Assembly: GCF_009914755.1 (NCBI RefSeq)
Contig: NC_060948.1
Strand: one strand, 5' to 3'
Length of the DNA: 64,000 nt
Source: the human T2T-CHM13v2.0 reference genome, Homo sapiens
Of the stretch, positions 1-25,929 are shown one piece after another. A program made the translations under genes and the position numbers. Numbering within the stretch: position 1 is the first letter of the stretch; each line of letters begins with the position of its first letter. The notes under the pieces were generated by a model that worked only from the letters and a program-made list of their open reading frames with translations, was not told the origin of the DNA and searched no databases.

Positions 1-77
1 TAGCTTCCCAGAGTGCTGGGATTACAGGGGTAAGTCGCTGTGCTCAGTTGCCATACACTTAAAAAAAAAAAAAATGA

Positions 78-2215
<2,138 letters not shown>

Positions 2216-2404
2216 AAAGTGTTTATAGTAATATTTGCAATTGTATAGGGTTTTGATGGTGATTACGCTTTGCCACAATCACTTCCTCTGCCTCAGCATC
2301 TCCCTTTTGTCTGCTTGTTTTGCTCTGGTTCTTTTTTTTTTTTTTTTTTCCACCTTTCTTTAGATTGTAACAAGAATGCACGTGGACAAAAACTGGGACT
2401 GAGG

Positions 2405-2940
2405 CCATCCCATTACTGGGTATATACCCAAAGGATTATAAATCATCCTGCTATAAAGACACATGCACACGCATGTTTATTGCAGCACTATTCACAATAA
2501 CAAAGACTTGGAACCAACCCAAATGCCCATCAATAATAGACTGGATTAAGAAAATATGGCACATAGACACCATGGAATACTATGCAGCCATGAAAAAGGA
2601 TGAGTTCATGTCCTTCGTAGGGACATGGATGAAGCTGGAAACCATCATTCTGAGCAAACTATCGCAAGGACAGAAAACCAAACACCGCATGTTCTCACTC
2701 ATACGTGGGAATTGAACAATGAGAAGACTTGGACACAGGGTGGGGAACATCACACACCAGGGCCTGTCGTGGGGCGTTGGGAGAGGGGGGAGGGAGAGCA
2801 TTAGGAGATATACCTAGTGTAAATGACGAGTTAATGGGTGCAGCACACCAACATGGCACATGTATACGTATGTAACAAACCTGCACGTTGTGCACACGTA
2901 CCCTAGAACTTAAAGGATAAAAATTTAAAAAAATTTTTAA
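2405..2940 (+). mobile_element. 5'-truncated L1PA element (ORF2 C-terminal fragment plus 3'UTR) with TSD
   Basis: ORF 2473-2715 MFIAALFTITKTWNQPKCPS...KTKHRMFSLIRGN is the L1 ORF2p end; G-rich 3'UTR and A tail; TSD aaactggg(a/g)ctgagg at ~2389 and ~2941. Confidence 0.93.
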
Positions 2941-3007
2941 AAACTGGGGCTGAGGGTGTGGGTGGGGAAGCTCATGAACAGCCTCAGCTCTTCCAGTGGA
3001 GCTTTGC

Positions 3008-3356
3008 TGTGGTCAGAAGGTCAATGTCCTCCCCCAATTCCCACATTGATGTAACCACCAACAAGATGATGTTAAGAGGCTTTGGGAGGTGACGAGGTTG
3101 TGAGGTTGGAGTCTCATGAATGGGAATCATGCTCTCATAAAAGGAACCCCAGAGACCTCCCTGGCCCCTTCCACCATGTGAGACACAGAGAGAAGGCGCC
3201 ATCTATGAACTAGGAGACGGGTCCTCACCAGACACTGAATCAGCCACACCTTCATCTTGGACTTCCAGCCTCCAGCACCGAGAGACGTAAAGGTCTGTCT
3301 TGATAGGCTGCCCAGGGTATGGTGTTCTGTGACAGCAACACGAAAGGACTAAGACA
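3008..3356 (+). mobile_element. MaLR LTR (MLT1A/MST-like)
   Basis: Typical motifs ccaccatgtgagacac, ttggacttccagcctccag, and terminal ggactaagaca. Confidence 0.75.
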
Positions 3357-3975
3357 ACCTTGCATTTAATCGTGAGAATTGTTACATTGTTGCACGCTGT
3401 CTATGGATAATGCTACATTTGCTTCAATTGTTTTTCAGTAATTACTATAGCAGCATTCTGCAAATAGCAACATTTCTTTTCTAATAGTTACATACGCAGC
3501 AAAAATAACTGTATAAAACTCTTTTTTTTCTAAACATTATGGTGAAAACTGAAACTCTTTATTTGCATTGGTTGAGATAAGGATTTACGATGGTGTGGGT
3601 TGCTTCCTCCCCCCTCCTTCTCTCCGATGCTGCCAGAGTCTGTATTTATTTAAGCATTTCACATCTTTTATTTCCAAACTCTATTCTCTAAAAATATTTT
3701 TCATCTTAGAATGTGTTGTACTGATACTAAGTAATACATATACTATTACTATACTGTATATTTTCATACATTGTGCCTTGAAAACATTTTTTATGAACCT
3801 TCTTCTGTTTTATGGTTAACTGCCAATCATTTTGTACCACAGCTTCCCCATTTTAAAATTCTTAATTTCATTCATTTCTGGTTTGGCTGGAGTTACTTTG
3901 GCTGTTGTTGTTGGTTTTTGTTTTTTTTTTTAAGATGGAGATTCACTCTTTGTTGCCCAGGCTGGAGTGCAATGA

Positions 3976-4264
<289 letters not shown>

Positions 4265-4266
4265 TA

Positions 4267-4880
<614 letters not shown>

Positions 4881-5144
4881 ATTTTGTTTTTTATTGCTTC
4901 AGGCCTTTGGTTATTTTGTTCTGTAGATGGCTGATGATGTGTTGCTTTGTAAAATAATCTGCTTATTTCTCCTGGGCATTACAGGATGTGATTTATCTTG
5001 AATATTTAAACAAATTTCCAGGAATTTCCATGTGTATCTTTTCATTAAGATACTTAAAGGGCTTTTTGTTTGTATGGTGTTATTCAGTGCGGAGATATTT
5101 TTCTCTCTTATTTCTTTGATTATTCTTTCTGCTCTATTCTCTTT

Positions 5145-6095
5145 GTGGAATTTATGTTGAAAATATACTATATATGGGAGATATGTATATATACGTATAT
5201 GTGAGATGAATTTATGTTGCAAATATAACATATATGGTAGATATTATACACGATATGATATATTTATATATGAGATGAATTTATGTTGCAAATATAACAT
5301 ATATGGTAGATATTATACATGATATGATATATTTATATATAGATGAATTTATGTTGCAAATATAACATATATGGTAGATATTACATATGATACATGATAT
5401 GTATGTATATAATATATGTGTACATGAGGTGAATTTATGTTGCAAATATAACATATATGGTAGATATTATATATGCTATAATATTTCTATACATGGGATA
5501 AATTTTCGTTGTAAATCTACCAGATATGGCAGATATTATATATGATATATGTGTGTATATATATATATCAGATGAATTTATGTTGCAAATATAACATATA
5601 TGGTAAACATTATGTATGAAACACTTATATATGAGATGAATTTATAACACAAATGTAACATATATGGTAGATATATATGATATAATCTTATATATGAGAT
5701 GAATTTATATTGCAAATATATATGGTAGATACATATGATATATATGGGATGAGTTTATATTGCAAATGTGACAGATATGGTAGATATGTATATATATGGG
5801 ATACATTTATGTTGTAAATATACTACATATGGTAGACATTATATATGATATATGTATATATCAGATGAATTTATGTTGCAAATATAACATATATGGTAGA
5901 CATGTATATATGCTATAATACATGTATACATGGTATAAATTTATGTTGTAAATATACTATATATGGTAGATACTATATCTGATATATGTATACATGACAT
6001 GAATTAATGTTGCAAATATATTTGCCTATATGGTAGATGTATATATCTAATATGATACATGTATACATGAGACAAATTTATGTTTCAAATATTTT
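5145..6095 (+). repeat. AT-rich minisatellite, ~60-68 bp unit, ~15 diverged copies
   Basis: Recurrent gatgaatttatgttgcaaatataacatatatggtagatattata. Confidence 0.9.
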
Positions 6096-6129
6096 ATATA
6101 TATATATATATATATAGTAGCTATGAATA

Positions 6130-12986
<6,857 letters not shown>

Positions 12987-13519
12987 TTAAGGCAAAAATG
13001 CCATGAGAAACAAACCATTAAAATTTTAAATAAGGATGGGACTAGTATGCTGATGGTAATTAAACATGAAAGCTTGATGGTCACTTGGTCAAGAGAAGTT
13101 GACAAACATGACAATCCTATCCATTGACAATGATACAAGCAAAAATGAAAGTTTGAGAGTATTTTGGTAAGCATGCTTTCATTCAAGCCAGGAAAGTAGA
13201 ATTACTCCCCAAAAAGTCTGGTTTTGATAAAAAAAAATTTAAAAGTTAAAGTAATGCTCTGAATTTTCATATACCCGTGTATCCTTGTAATATTTTCCAA
13301 CCATTTTAATGTTCTGGAAAAAAACACATGAAATATGTCCAGAGGGGCATGAATTTTTCCTTTTCCATATGTTTTGCTTCAGGCTCCAATCAAAAATATC
13401 AGAGCACTGCTGAATCCTGTATTTGTTCACAGTATTGATGATTTATTCATGGTTGTTTATTTGAATTAATTTTGATTTTAAAATATTGAGTGAATTTGAT
13501 TTTATAATATGGATTATAG

Positions 13520-14480
13520 GGGTTATGGATAGAGGGTGGATAAATAGATGGATGAGTGGGTTAATGGATGGTAGATGCTGGAAGGATAGATGGATTAATG
13601 GATACAGAATATATGGAGGGATGGATGAATGGATGGATGGGTGGGTGGTTAAATGGGTGGGTTAATGAATGGAGGGTGGATAGATGATGGATAGATAGAT
13701 AGGTTAATGGATTGAGGGTAGATGGATGGATGAGTGAATGAGTGAATAGGTCGATGAGTAGGTTAATGGATGGATGGGTTGGTGGTCGGTTGAGTGGGTG
13801 CATGGGTGGAGAGATGAAAGGATGAATGAACAGATGATGGATGGATATATGGATATATGGGTTAATGGATGAAGGGTTGGCTGGCTGGCTGGCTGGATGG
13901 CTGGATAGGTGGATGGATACATGGGTTAATGAATAGAGGATGAATGAATGGACTAATGAATGGATGGGTTAATGGATGAAGATTTGGCTGGCTGGAGGGA
14001 TGGATGGCTGAATAGGTGGATGGATATATGGATTAATGAATAGAGGATTAATGAATGGATTAATGAATGGATGGGTTAATGGATGAAGGCTTGGCTGACT
14101 GAATGGATGGATGGCTGGATAGGTGGATGGATACATGGGTTAATGAATAGAGGATAAATTAATGGATTAATGAGTGGATGGGTAAGTAGAAAGTGGGTGG
14201 GTTGATAGCTGGGTTAATAAACAGAGGGTGGATAGAGGATGGATAGATAGATACACGGGTAGATGGTTTAATGGATGGAGGGTGGATGGATGGGTAGATG
14301 GATGGATAGATGGGTGAACGAATGAATGAGTAGGTAGATGGATACATGACTGGGTGGATGGATGAATAGATTGACAGATTAATGACTGGCTGAATGGGTG
14401 GGTGGGTGCATAGATGCATGAACAGAAGAATCGACTGATGGAAGCATGGATGGATGGATGGGTGGATGGATGGATGGATA
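13520..14480 (+). repeat. (GGAT/TGGA)n-rich degenerate simple repeat
   Basis: Continuous ggat/gaat/gggt tetramers. Confidence 0.95.
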
Positions 14481-15334
14481 TGATAAACGCGGGAGAATTA
14501 AGATCTCTGACACTGGATTCTAGTTTAGTGAACTGGTCCCTGGGATTCTCAATCTTTGCAAAACCCTCCACCTCCTACCTCAAGGTGCAGCTCTAGGAGA
14601 AGAGTCCCCATGCTTGAGGGTCAGGCCTTTGCTCACTGACCTCACAGTGCTGGACCCTGCCTGGGAGTCTCTCGAAGGAAGACCCCACTCCTTGGAAGCA
14701 TCTTGATAAGGACCACAGTCCTGGGCCTCCCTCATTGTCACCTGCTGCTAGGACCTTCCAGATGATTTGTTCCCTGCATGGCCTGCTCTGCATAGAGTGG
14801 CTCACCCTGTCCTGGCATCGTACACACTTTTCTGAATTATACCTCAATTACTTTAAGGAGAAAAGGGAAGACCGTTGCATGAGAAGAAATGCAAGGAAGT
14901 AATTTTCCTCAAGGGGAAGGCCCACTCCCATATCTTTGTTTTGTATCTTTATTTCCTGTTTGAGGCTGCCGTTTTATCTGATCTTTACAACGTCTGTTTC
15001 TCTAGTCTTCACATGGGAGATAACATGCTGATCTGCAGTGGTATATCTCCTTGAAATATCAGTTTCACATCAACATTTAATAAATGCATCCCACACCACA
15101 AAGCAGCATTTTCTCAGCAGGCTATGTTTTCAATGAAATTTTCTGCCCAATAACTGAGTATCAACCTCACTGGTTATCACAGATAAACCTGAGTAGTAGC
15201 CTCTGTTCCTTCTTTTGGAAGGTATTTGATTCTTATGATGTTATGAATGAGGCTGGACTCGGAATTCCCCTTTCTTGCTTGTGGCCAAGGGGTGGTAGAC
15301 AGGAGAGAGAAGTCATCCAGCCATTTGCAGTGAG

Positions 15335-16600
15335 GGATGAATAGATTGATAGGTAGATTTGTGAATGGCTGAATGGGGAAAGTATAGATAGATGGGTGGA
15401 TGAATGGACGGATAGGTGGGTACATTACTGGATGGATGGGTGAATAAATGGATGGGTGACTAGACGGATGGATGGATAGATGGATGGATGGATGGATGGA
15501 TGAATGGATAGATGGGTGGGTAAATGGATGGATGGGTGGGTACATTAATGGATGCATGGGTGAATAAATGGATGGGTGACTGGATGGATGGATGGATGGA
15601 TAGATGGGTGGGTGGGTGAATGGATGGTTGGGTGGGTACATTAATGGATGGATGGGTGAATAAATGGATGGGTGACTGGATGGATGGATGGATGGATGGA
15701 TGGATGGATGGATGAATGGATGGATGGGTGAGTACATTAATGGATGGATGGGTAAATAAATGGATGAGTCACTTGATGGATAGATGGATGGATGGATGAA
15801 CGGATAGATGGGTGGGTGAATGGATGGATGGGTGGGTACTTTAATGGATGGATGGGTGAATAAATGGATGGATAGATGGATGGATGGATGGATGGATGGA
15901 TGGATGGATGGATGGATAGATGGGCAGGTGAATGGATGGATGGATGGGTAAATAAATGGATGGGTGACTGTATGGATGGATGGATGGATGGATGATGGGT
16001 GCATGAATGGATGGATGGGTGGGTACATTAATGGATGGATGGGTGAATAGATGGATGGGTGACTGGATGGATGGATGGATGGATGGATGGATGGATGGAT
16101 GGATGAATGGATAGATGGGTGGGCAAATGGATGGATAGGTGGGTACATTAATGGATGGATGGGTGAATAAATGGATGCGTGACTAGATGGATGGATGGAT
16201 GGATGGATGAATGGATGGGTGGATGGGTGGACAAATGGATGAACAGATTAACAGGTAGATTGATGACTGGCTGAATGGGTGGGTGGGTGGATAGATAAAT
16301 GGATGGATGGATGGATGGATAGATGGATGGATGGATGGATGGACAAATGGATGAACAGATTGATAGACTGATGACTGGCTGAATGGGTGGGTGAGTGGTT
16401 AGATGGATGAATGGATGGATGAACGGATGAATGAATGGGTGGACAAATGGATAAATAGATTGACAGATTAATGACTGGCAGAATGGGTGGGTGGGTGGAT
16501 GGATGGATGGATAGATGAGTGGATGGGTGGACAAATGGATGAACAGATTGACAGATTAATGACTGGCCGAATGGGTGGATAGATGAATGGATGAATAAAG
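15335..16600 (+). repeat. (GGAT)n-rich array with ~110-125 bp higher-order units
   Basis: The block gggtacattaatggatggatgggtgaataaatggatgggtgact recurs about 7 times. Confidence 0.95.
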
Positions 16601-16784
16601 TGAAAGACACATGAGTAAGACATCCAGGTCATCTGCAGTGATGGGATGGCTTCTCTCTCCTGTCTACCACCCCTAGGACTCTGTATCTCCAAATGAAAGT
16701 CCCATACTTGGTTCTAAGATCTTTGTTTGATTAAGGCCAATGCTTTTTTTAAAACTTGTTTCCACAGTCTCCAGTTACTCACCA

Positions 16785-17215
16785 TAATAGCTTGAATTTT
16801 GTCCCCCAAAAGACATATCTAAGTCCTGCCCCCTGGTGAATGAGACCTTATTTGGAAATCGGGTCTTTGCAGATGTGATTAAGAATCTGGAGATGAGATC
16901 ATCCTGGAGTAGGGTGGGTCCTTAATCCAGTGACAGGTGTCCTTCTAAGAGACAGAAGAGGAGACACAGACACAGAGGAGAAGGCCACGTGGAGATGGGG
17001 GCAGAGACTGGAGTGATGCAGCCACAAGTTCAGGTACTCCTGGAGCCCCCAGGAGCTGGGAGAGGCAGGAAGGATCCTTCCCTGGATCTTCCAGAGTGAG
17101 CACAATCCTGCCCACATCTTGACCTCAGACTTCTGGTCTCCAGAACCATGAGCTAAATCACATCTGTTGTTTTAAACCCTTGAGTTTTAGGCAAATTGTT
17201 AGGGCAGCCCCAGGG
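16785..17215 (+). mobile_element. MLT1B/C-like MaLR LTR
   Basis: gaccttatttggaaatcgggtctttgcagatgtgattaag and ggccacgtggagatgggggcagagactggagtgatgcagccacaag. Confidence 0.8.
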
Positions 17216-17744
17216 CATTCAAGCACCCATTAAATGCATGATTCTATATTTCTGCGGTCCCCACCAATTCCCTTTACTTTGGTCATCAGCTGCAAATTCA
17301 AATTCAGGGGTCCCGGGAAGCACTCTCACTTTGGACCAGCTGGCTAAAACTTGTAGGGTCCCAGTGACCACATTCAGGGTGAATAATTTCCTAGAATGAC
17401 TCACAAGAACTCAGAAAAACACTGTGCTTCTGATTAAAGTCTTATTATACCGAATAGATACAAATTAAAATCAGCCAAGCTGGGCACAGTGGCTCATGCC
17501 TGTAATCCCAACACGTTGGAAGGTCGAGGTGGGAGGACCGCTTGAGCCCAGGAGTTTGAGACCAGCCTGGCCAACAGAGCGAGACCTCATCTCTACAAAA
17601 AATAAAAAATTAGCCAGGGACGGTGGTGCACGTCTGTCATCCCAGCTACTCAGGAGGCCGAGTTAGGAAGACTGCTTGAGCCCCAGAGGTCGAGACTGTA
17701 GTGAGCTGTAATTGCGTCACTGCACTCAAGCCTGGGTAACAGAG

Positions 17745-19480
17745 TGAGACCTTGACTCAAAAATCAATCAATCAATTAATTAATATCAGGAAGAAAAGAG
17801 ATGCATAAAACAGAGACCCTACCTTAAAGTCAATTAATTAATTTAATTAAATAATATTAGCTAAGGAAAGTGAAGTATGAGTGAGACCCCGCCTGAAAAT
17901 CAATTAATTAATTATATTAAATAATGTCAGCCAAGAAAAATGATGCCTAAGACAGAGTGAGACCTTGCTCAAAATCAATCAATCAATATCAGCCAAGAAA
18001 AAGGATGCCTAAGACAGAGTGAGACCTTACCTCACAATCAAGCAATTAATTGAATTAAATAATATCAGTCAAGAAAAGAGGTGGATAAGAGAGTGAGACC
18101 CTACTCAAAATCAATCAATTAATTAATTAATTAAATAATATCAGCCAAGAAAAGAGATGCATAAAACAGACTCTACCTCAAAATCTATCAATCAATTAAA
18201 GTAAATAATATCAGCCAAGAAAAAATATATGAGAGTGAGACCCTGCCTCAAAATCAATCAATCAATTAATTAATAACAGCCAAGAAAAGAGATGCCTAAG
18301 ACAGAGCGAGACTGTGCCTCAAAATCAATCAATTAATTAAAGTAAATAATATCAGCCAAGAAAAGAGATGTGTAAAACAGAGACCCTACCTCAAAATCAA
18401 TCAATCAATTAATTAACTAATATCAGCCAAGAAAAAATATGTAAGAGAGACCCTGCCTCAAAATCAATCAATTAATTAATATCAGCCAAGAAAAGAGATG
18501 CCTAAGACAGAGCGAGACTGTGCCTCAAAATCAATCAATTAAAGTAAATAATATCAGCCAAGAAAAGAGATGTGAAAACAGAGACCCTACCTCAAAATCA
18601 ATCAATCAATTAATTAAATTAAATTAAATATCAGGCAAGAAAAGAGATGTATAAGAGAGCAAAACCCTGCTCGAAACCAACCGATTAATCAATTAAACAA
18701 ATAATATCAGTCAAGGAAAGAGATTCATAAAACAGAGACCCTACCTCAAAATCAATCAATCAATTAATTAAATTAAATATCAGCCAAGAAAAGAGATGCC
18801 TAAGACAGAGCGAGAGTGTGCCTCAAAATCAATCAATTCAAGTAAATAATATCAGCCAAGAAAAGAGATGCGTAAAACAGAGACCCTACCTCAAAATCAA
18901 TCAATCAATTAATTAAATTAAATATCAGGCAAGAAAAGAGATGTATAAGAGAGTGAAACCCTGTTCGAAACCAACCGATTAATCACTTAAATAAATAATA
19001 TCAGTCAAGGAAAGAGATGCATAAAACAGACCCTACCTCAAAATCAATCAATTAATTAAATTAAATAATATCAGCCAAGAAAAGAGATGCCTAAGACAGA
19101 GGGAGACTGTGCCTCAAAATCAATCAATTAAAGTAAGTAATATCAGCCAAGAAAAGAGATGCGTAAAACAGAGACCCTACCTCAAAATCAATCAATCAAT
19201 TAATTAAATTAAATAATACCAGGCAAGAAAAGAGATGTATAAGAGAGTGAGACCCTGCTCGAAACCAAACAATTAATCAATTAAACAAATAATATCAGTC
19301 AAGGAAAGAGATGCATAAAACAGAGACCCTACCTCAAAATCAATCAATCAATCAATTATTAAGTTAAATAATATCAGCGAAGAAAAGACATGCCTAAGAC
19401 AGAGTGAGACCCTGCCTGAAAATCAATCAATGAATTAATTTAATTAAGTAACATCAGCCAAGCAAAGAGATGTACAAGAG
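17745..19480 (+). repeat. ~60-70 bp satellite (roughly 25 units) derived from the Alu 3' end, tail and TSD
   Basis: Unit acagagtgagaccctgcctcaaaatcaatcaattaattaaataatatcagccaagaaaagagatgcctaag. Confidence 0.95.
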
Positions 19481-19735
19481 AGAGTCAAGGAGGAGCTGAG
19501 ACTCACAGCTTCCATTGTCCTCTCCCCAAGGACTCACGGGTGTTGTTCCCTCCTCTTAGCATCAATGTGTGATGACAGACGTCAAGTCAGCCCACCAGGG
19601 AAGCTGATCAGAACCTCAGTGTCTGGAGTTTTTACCGGGGCCACCACCACCTTCTGTCTCTGCCACTGAGCTTTACTCTCCAGCCCCTCCTGGAGGTTGA
19701 AACTGATACTGCATGTCCCAATATGCCCACCTCTT

Positions 19736-20720
19736 AGACATCTCTTTTCTTGCCTCTTATTATTTAATGAATTGATTGATTGATTTTGAGGTAGGGTCTC
19801 TGTTTTCACATCTCTTTTCTTGGCTGATATTATTTACTTTAATTAATTGATTTTGAGGCACAGTCTCGCTCTGTCTTAGGCATCTCTTTTCTTGGCTGAT
19901 ATTAATTAATTCATTGATTTTGAGGCATAGTCTCTCTTACATATTTTTTCTTGGCTGGTATTATTTACTTTAATTAATTGATTGATTTTGAGGCACAGTC
20001 TCGCTCTGTCTTAGGCATCTCTTTTCTTGGCTGTTATTAATTAATTGATTGATTGATTTTGAGGCAGGGTCTCTCTTACATATTTTTTCTTGGCTGATAT
20101 TATTTACTTTAATTAATTGATTGATTTTGAGGTAGGGTCTCTGTTTTCACATCTCTTTTCTTGGCTGATATTATTTACTTTAATTAATTGATTGATTTTG
20201 AGGCACAGTCTCGCTCTGTCTTAGGCATCTCTTTTCTTGGCTGATATTAATTGATTGATTGATTTTGAGGCATAGTCTCTCTTACATATTTTTTCGTGGC
20301 TGAAATTATTTACTTTAATTAATTGATTGATTTTCAGGCACAGCCTCGCTCTGTCTTAGGCATCTCTTTTCTTGGCTGTTATTAATTAATTGATTGATTT
20401 TGAGGCAGCGTCTCTCTTACATATTTTTTCTTGGCTGATATTATTTACTTTAATTAATTGATTGATTTTGAGGTAGGGTCTCTGTTTTCACATCTCTTTT
20501 CTTGGCTGATATTATTTACTTTAATTGATTGATTTTGAGGCACAGTCTCGCTCTGTCTTAGGCATCTCTTTTCTTGGCTGTTATTAATTAATTGATTGAT
20601 TTTGAGGCAGGGTCTTACTCTCATATATTTTTTCTTGGCTGATATTATTTAATGTAATTGATTGATTGACAGATTTTGAGGTAGAGTCTATGTTTTATGC
20701 ATCTCTTTTCTTGACTGATA
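19736..20720 (-). repeat. Inverted copy of the same satellite (roughly 15 units)
   Basis: catctcttttcttggctgatattatttactttaattaattgattgattttgagg is the reverse complement of the upstream unit. Confidence 0.95.
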
Positions 20721-20769
20721 AATTACATTGTTAGACCCTCCAGGGGCCAAAGCCCGCTTAAGATGACCA

Positions 20770-25155
<4,386 letters not shown>

Positions 25156-25929
25156 GACCTTCTTTTAAAGTGCTCACCTGATTAGGTCGGGCCTACCTAG
25201 AATACTCTCCTGTTTGATGATCTTGAAGTCTGTTGACTAGAGAGCTTATTGCATCTGGAAAGTTCCAGCACGTTTGCTGCAGCATCATGAGACTGATATC
25301 TCAGAATCTTTTTATTTGCCTTTCATGCTCAATTCATGGAAATGATACAGACTGGGTACACAACAAAGACTCATGGCTACCTCCCCATGACAAAGGATTA
25401 CGGCTGCAGATATCCGAGAACTTTGTTTTTTTATTTCTGGGGTACATTCAGGAGAGGGATGTTTTGCTCCAAAATGCTTTAGGAGGCCAAGCATTTTCCT
25501 TAAAGGTTTTCCAGATTATTATAACCATCCTTTGGTGCTTGCTGGTTCTGAAGGAGTGAATATCTCCTTCTGAATTTGCTTTGCAAATACCTTCAGGGAA
25601 CTAGCTGAGTGGCAAAGTGGTTTCCCAATTTAACAGCTCCCCCCGGGAAACACACACCAATGGTATGTAAAGCAGCAGCAGCGAGAAGAATTTTAAAGAG
25701 AACCCCAAACGCTTTCGTGTCCCTAAGAAGAAGAAGAATGTACATGCAGGCAGCAAAGGGGTGTGTCTCACTGAGAAGCCTGCTTGGGTTCACAGAATGG
25801 TCCCCGTCCTGGGGACCCTGGTGTGTTTGTTTTCTCCTTGGTCAAGTAGAGACTCATAATCATATTAATATTAGCCTTTATGGACATCATGGCTCACACA
25901 ATGCAAACGCCCCCCCAAATACCCACAAG

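Larger units (their letters stand above)
17280..20755 (+). mobile_element. MER21-like LTR fragments (17280-17478, 19481-19735, 20720-20755) split by an AluJ and satellite arrays
   Basis: Motifs ctagaatgactcacaagaactcag, gcttccattgtcctctcccca, cctcagtgtctggagttttta and attacattgttagac, matched to my recollection of the MER21 consensus. Confidence 0.55.

Noticed and set aside
2473-2715. 80-aa ORF similar to a real protein C-terminus
   Set aside because: L1 ORF2p remnant of a 5'-truncated, non-autonomous insertion.
13561-16610. His/Pro/Ser/Ile-rich ORFs (IHPS repeats)
   Set aside because: Translations of the (ATCC)n simple repeat.
17745-20720. Regular repeat arrays (also 62148-62741) superficially like CRISPR arrays
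   Set aside because: No unique spacers, no cas genes, and primate context; these are tandem satellites or VNTRs.
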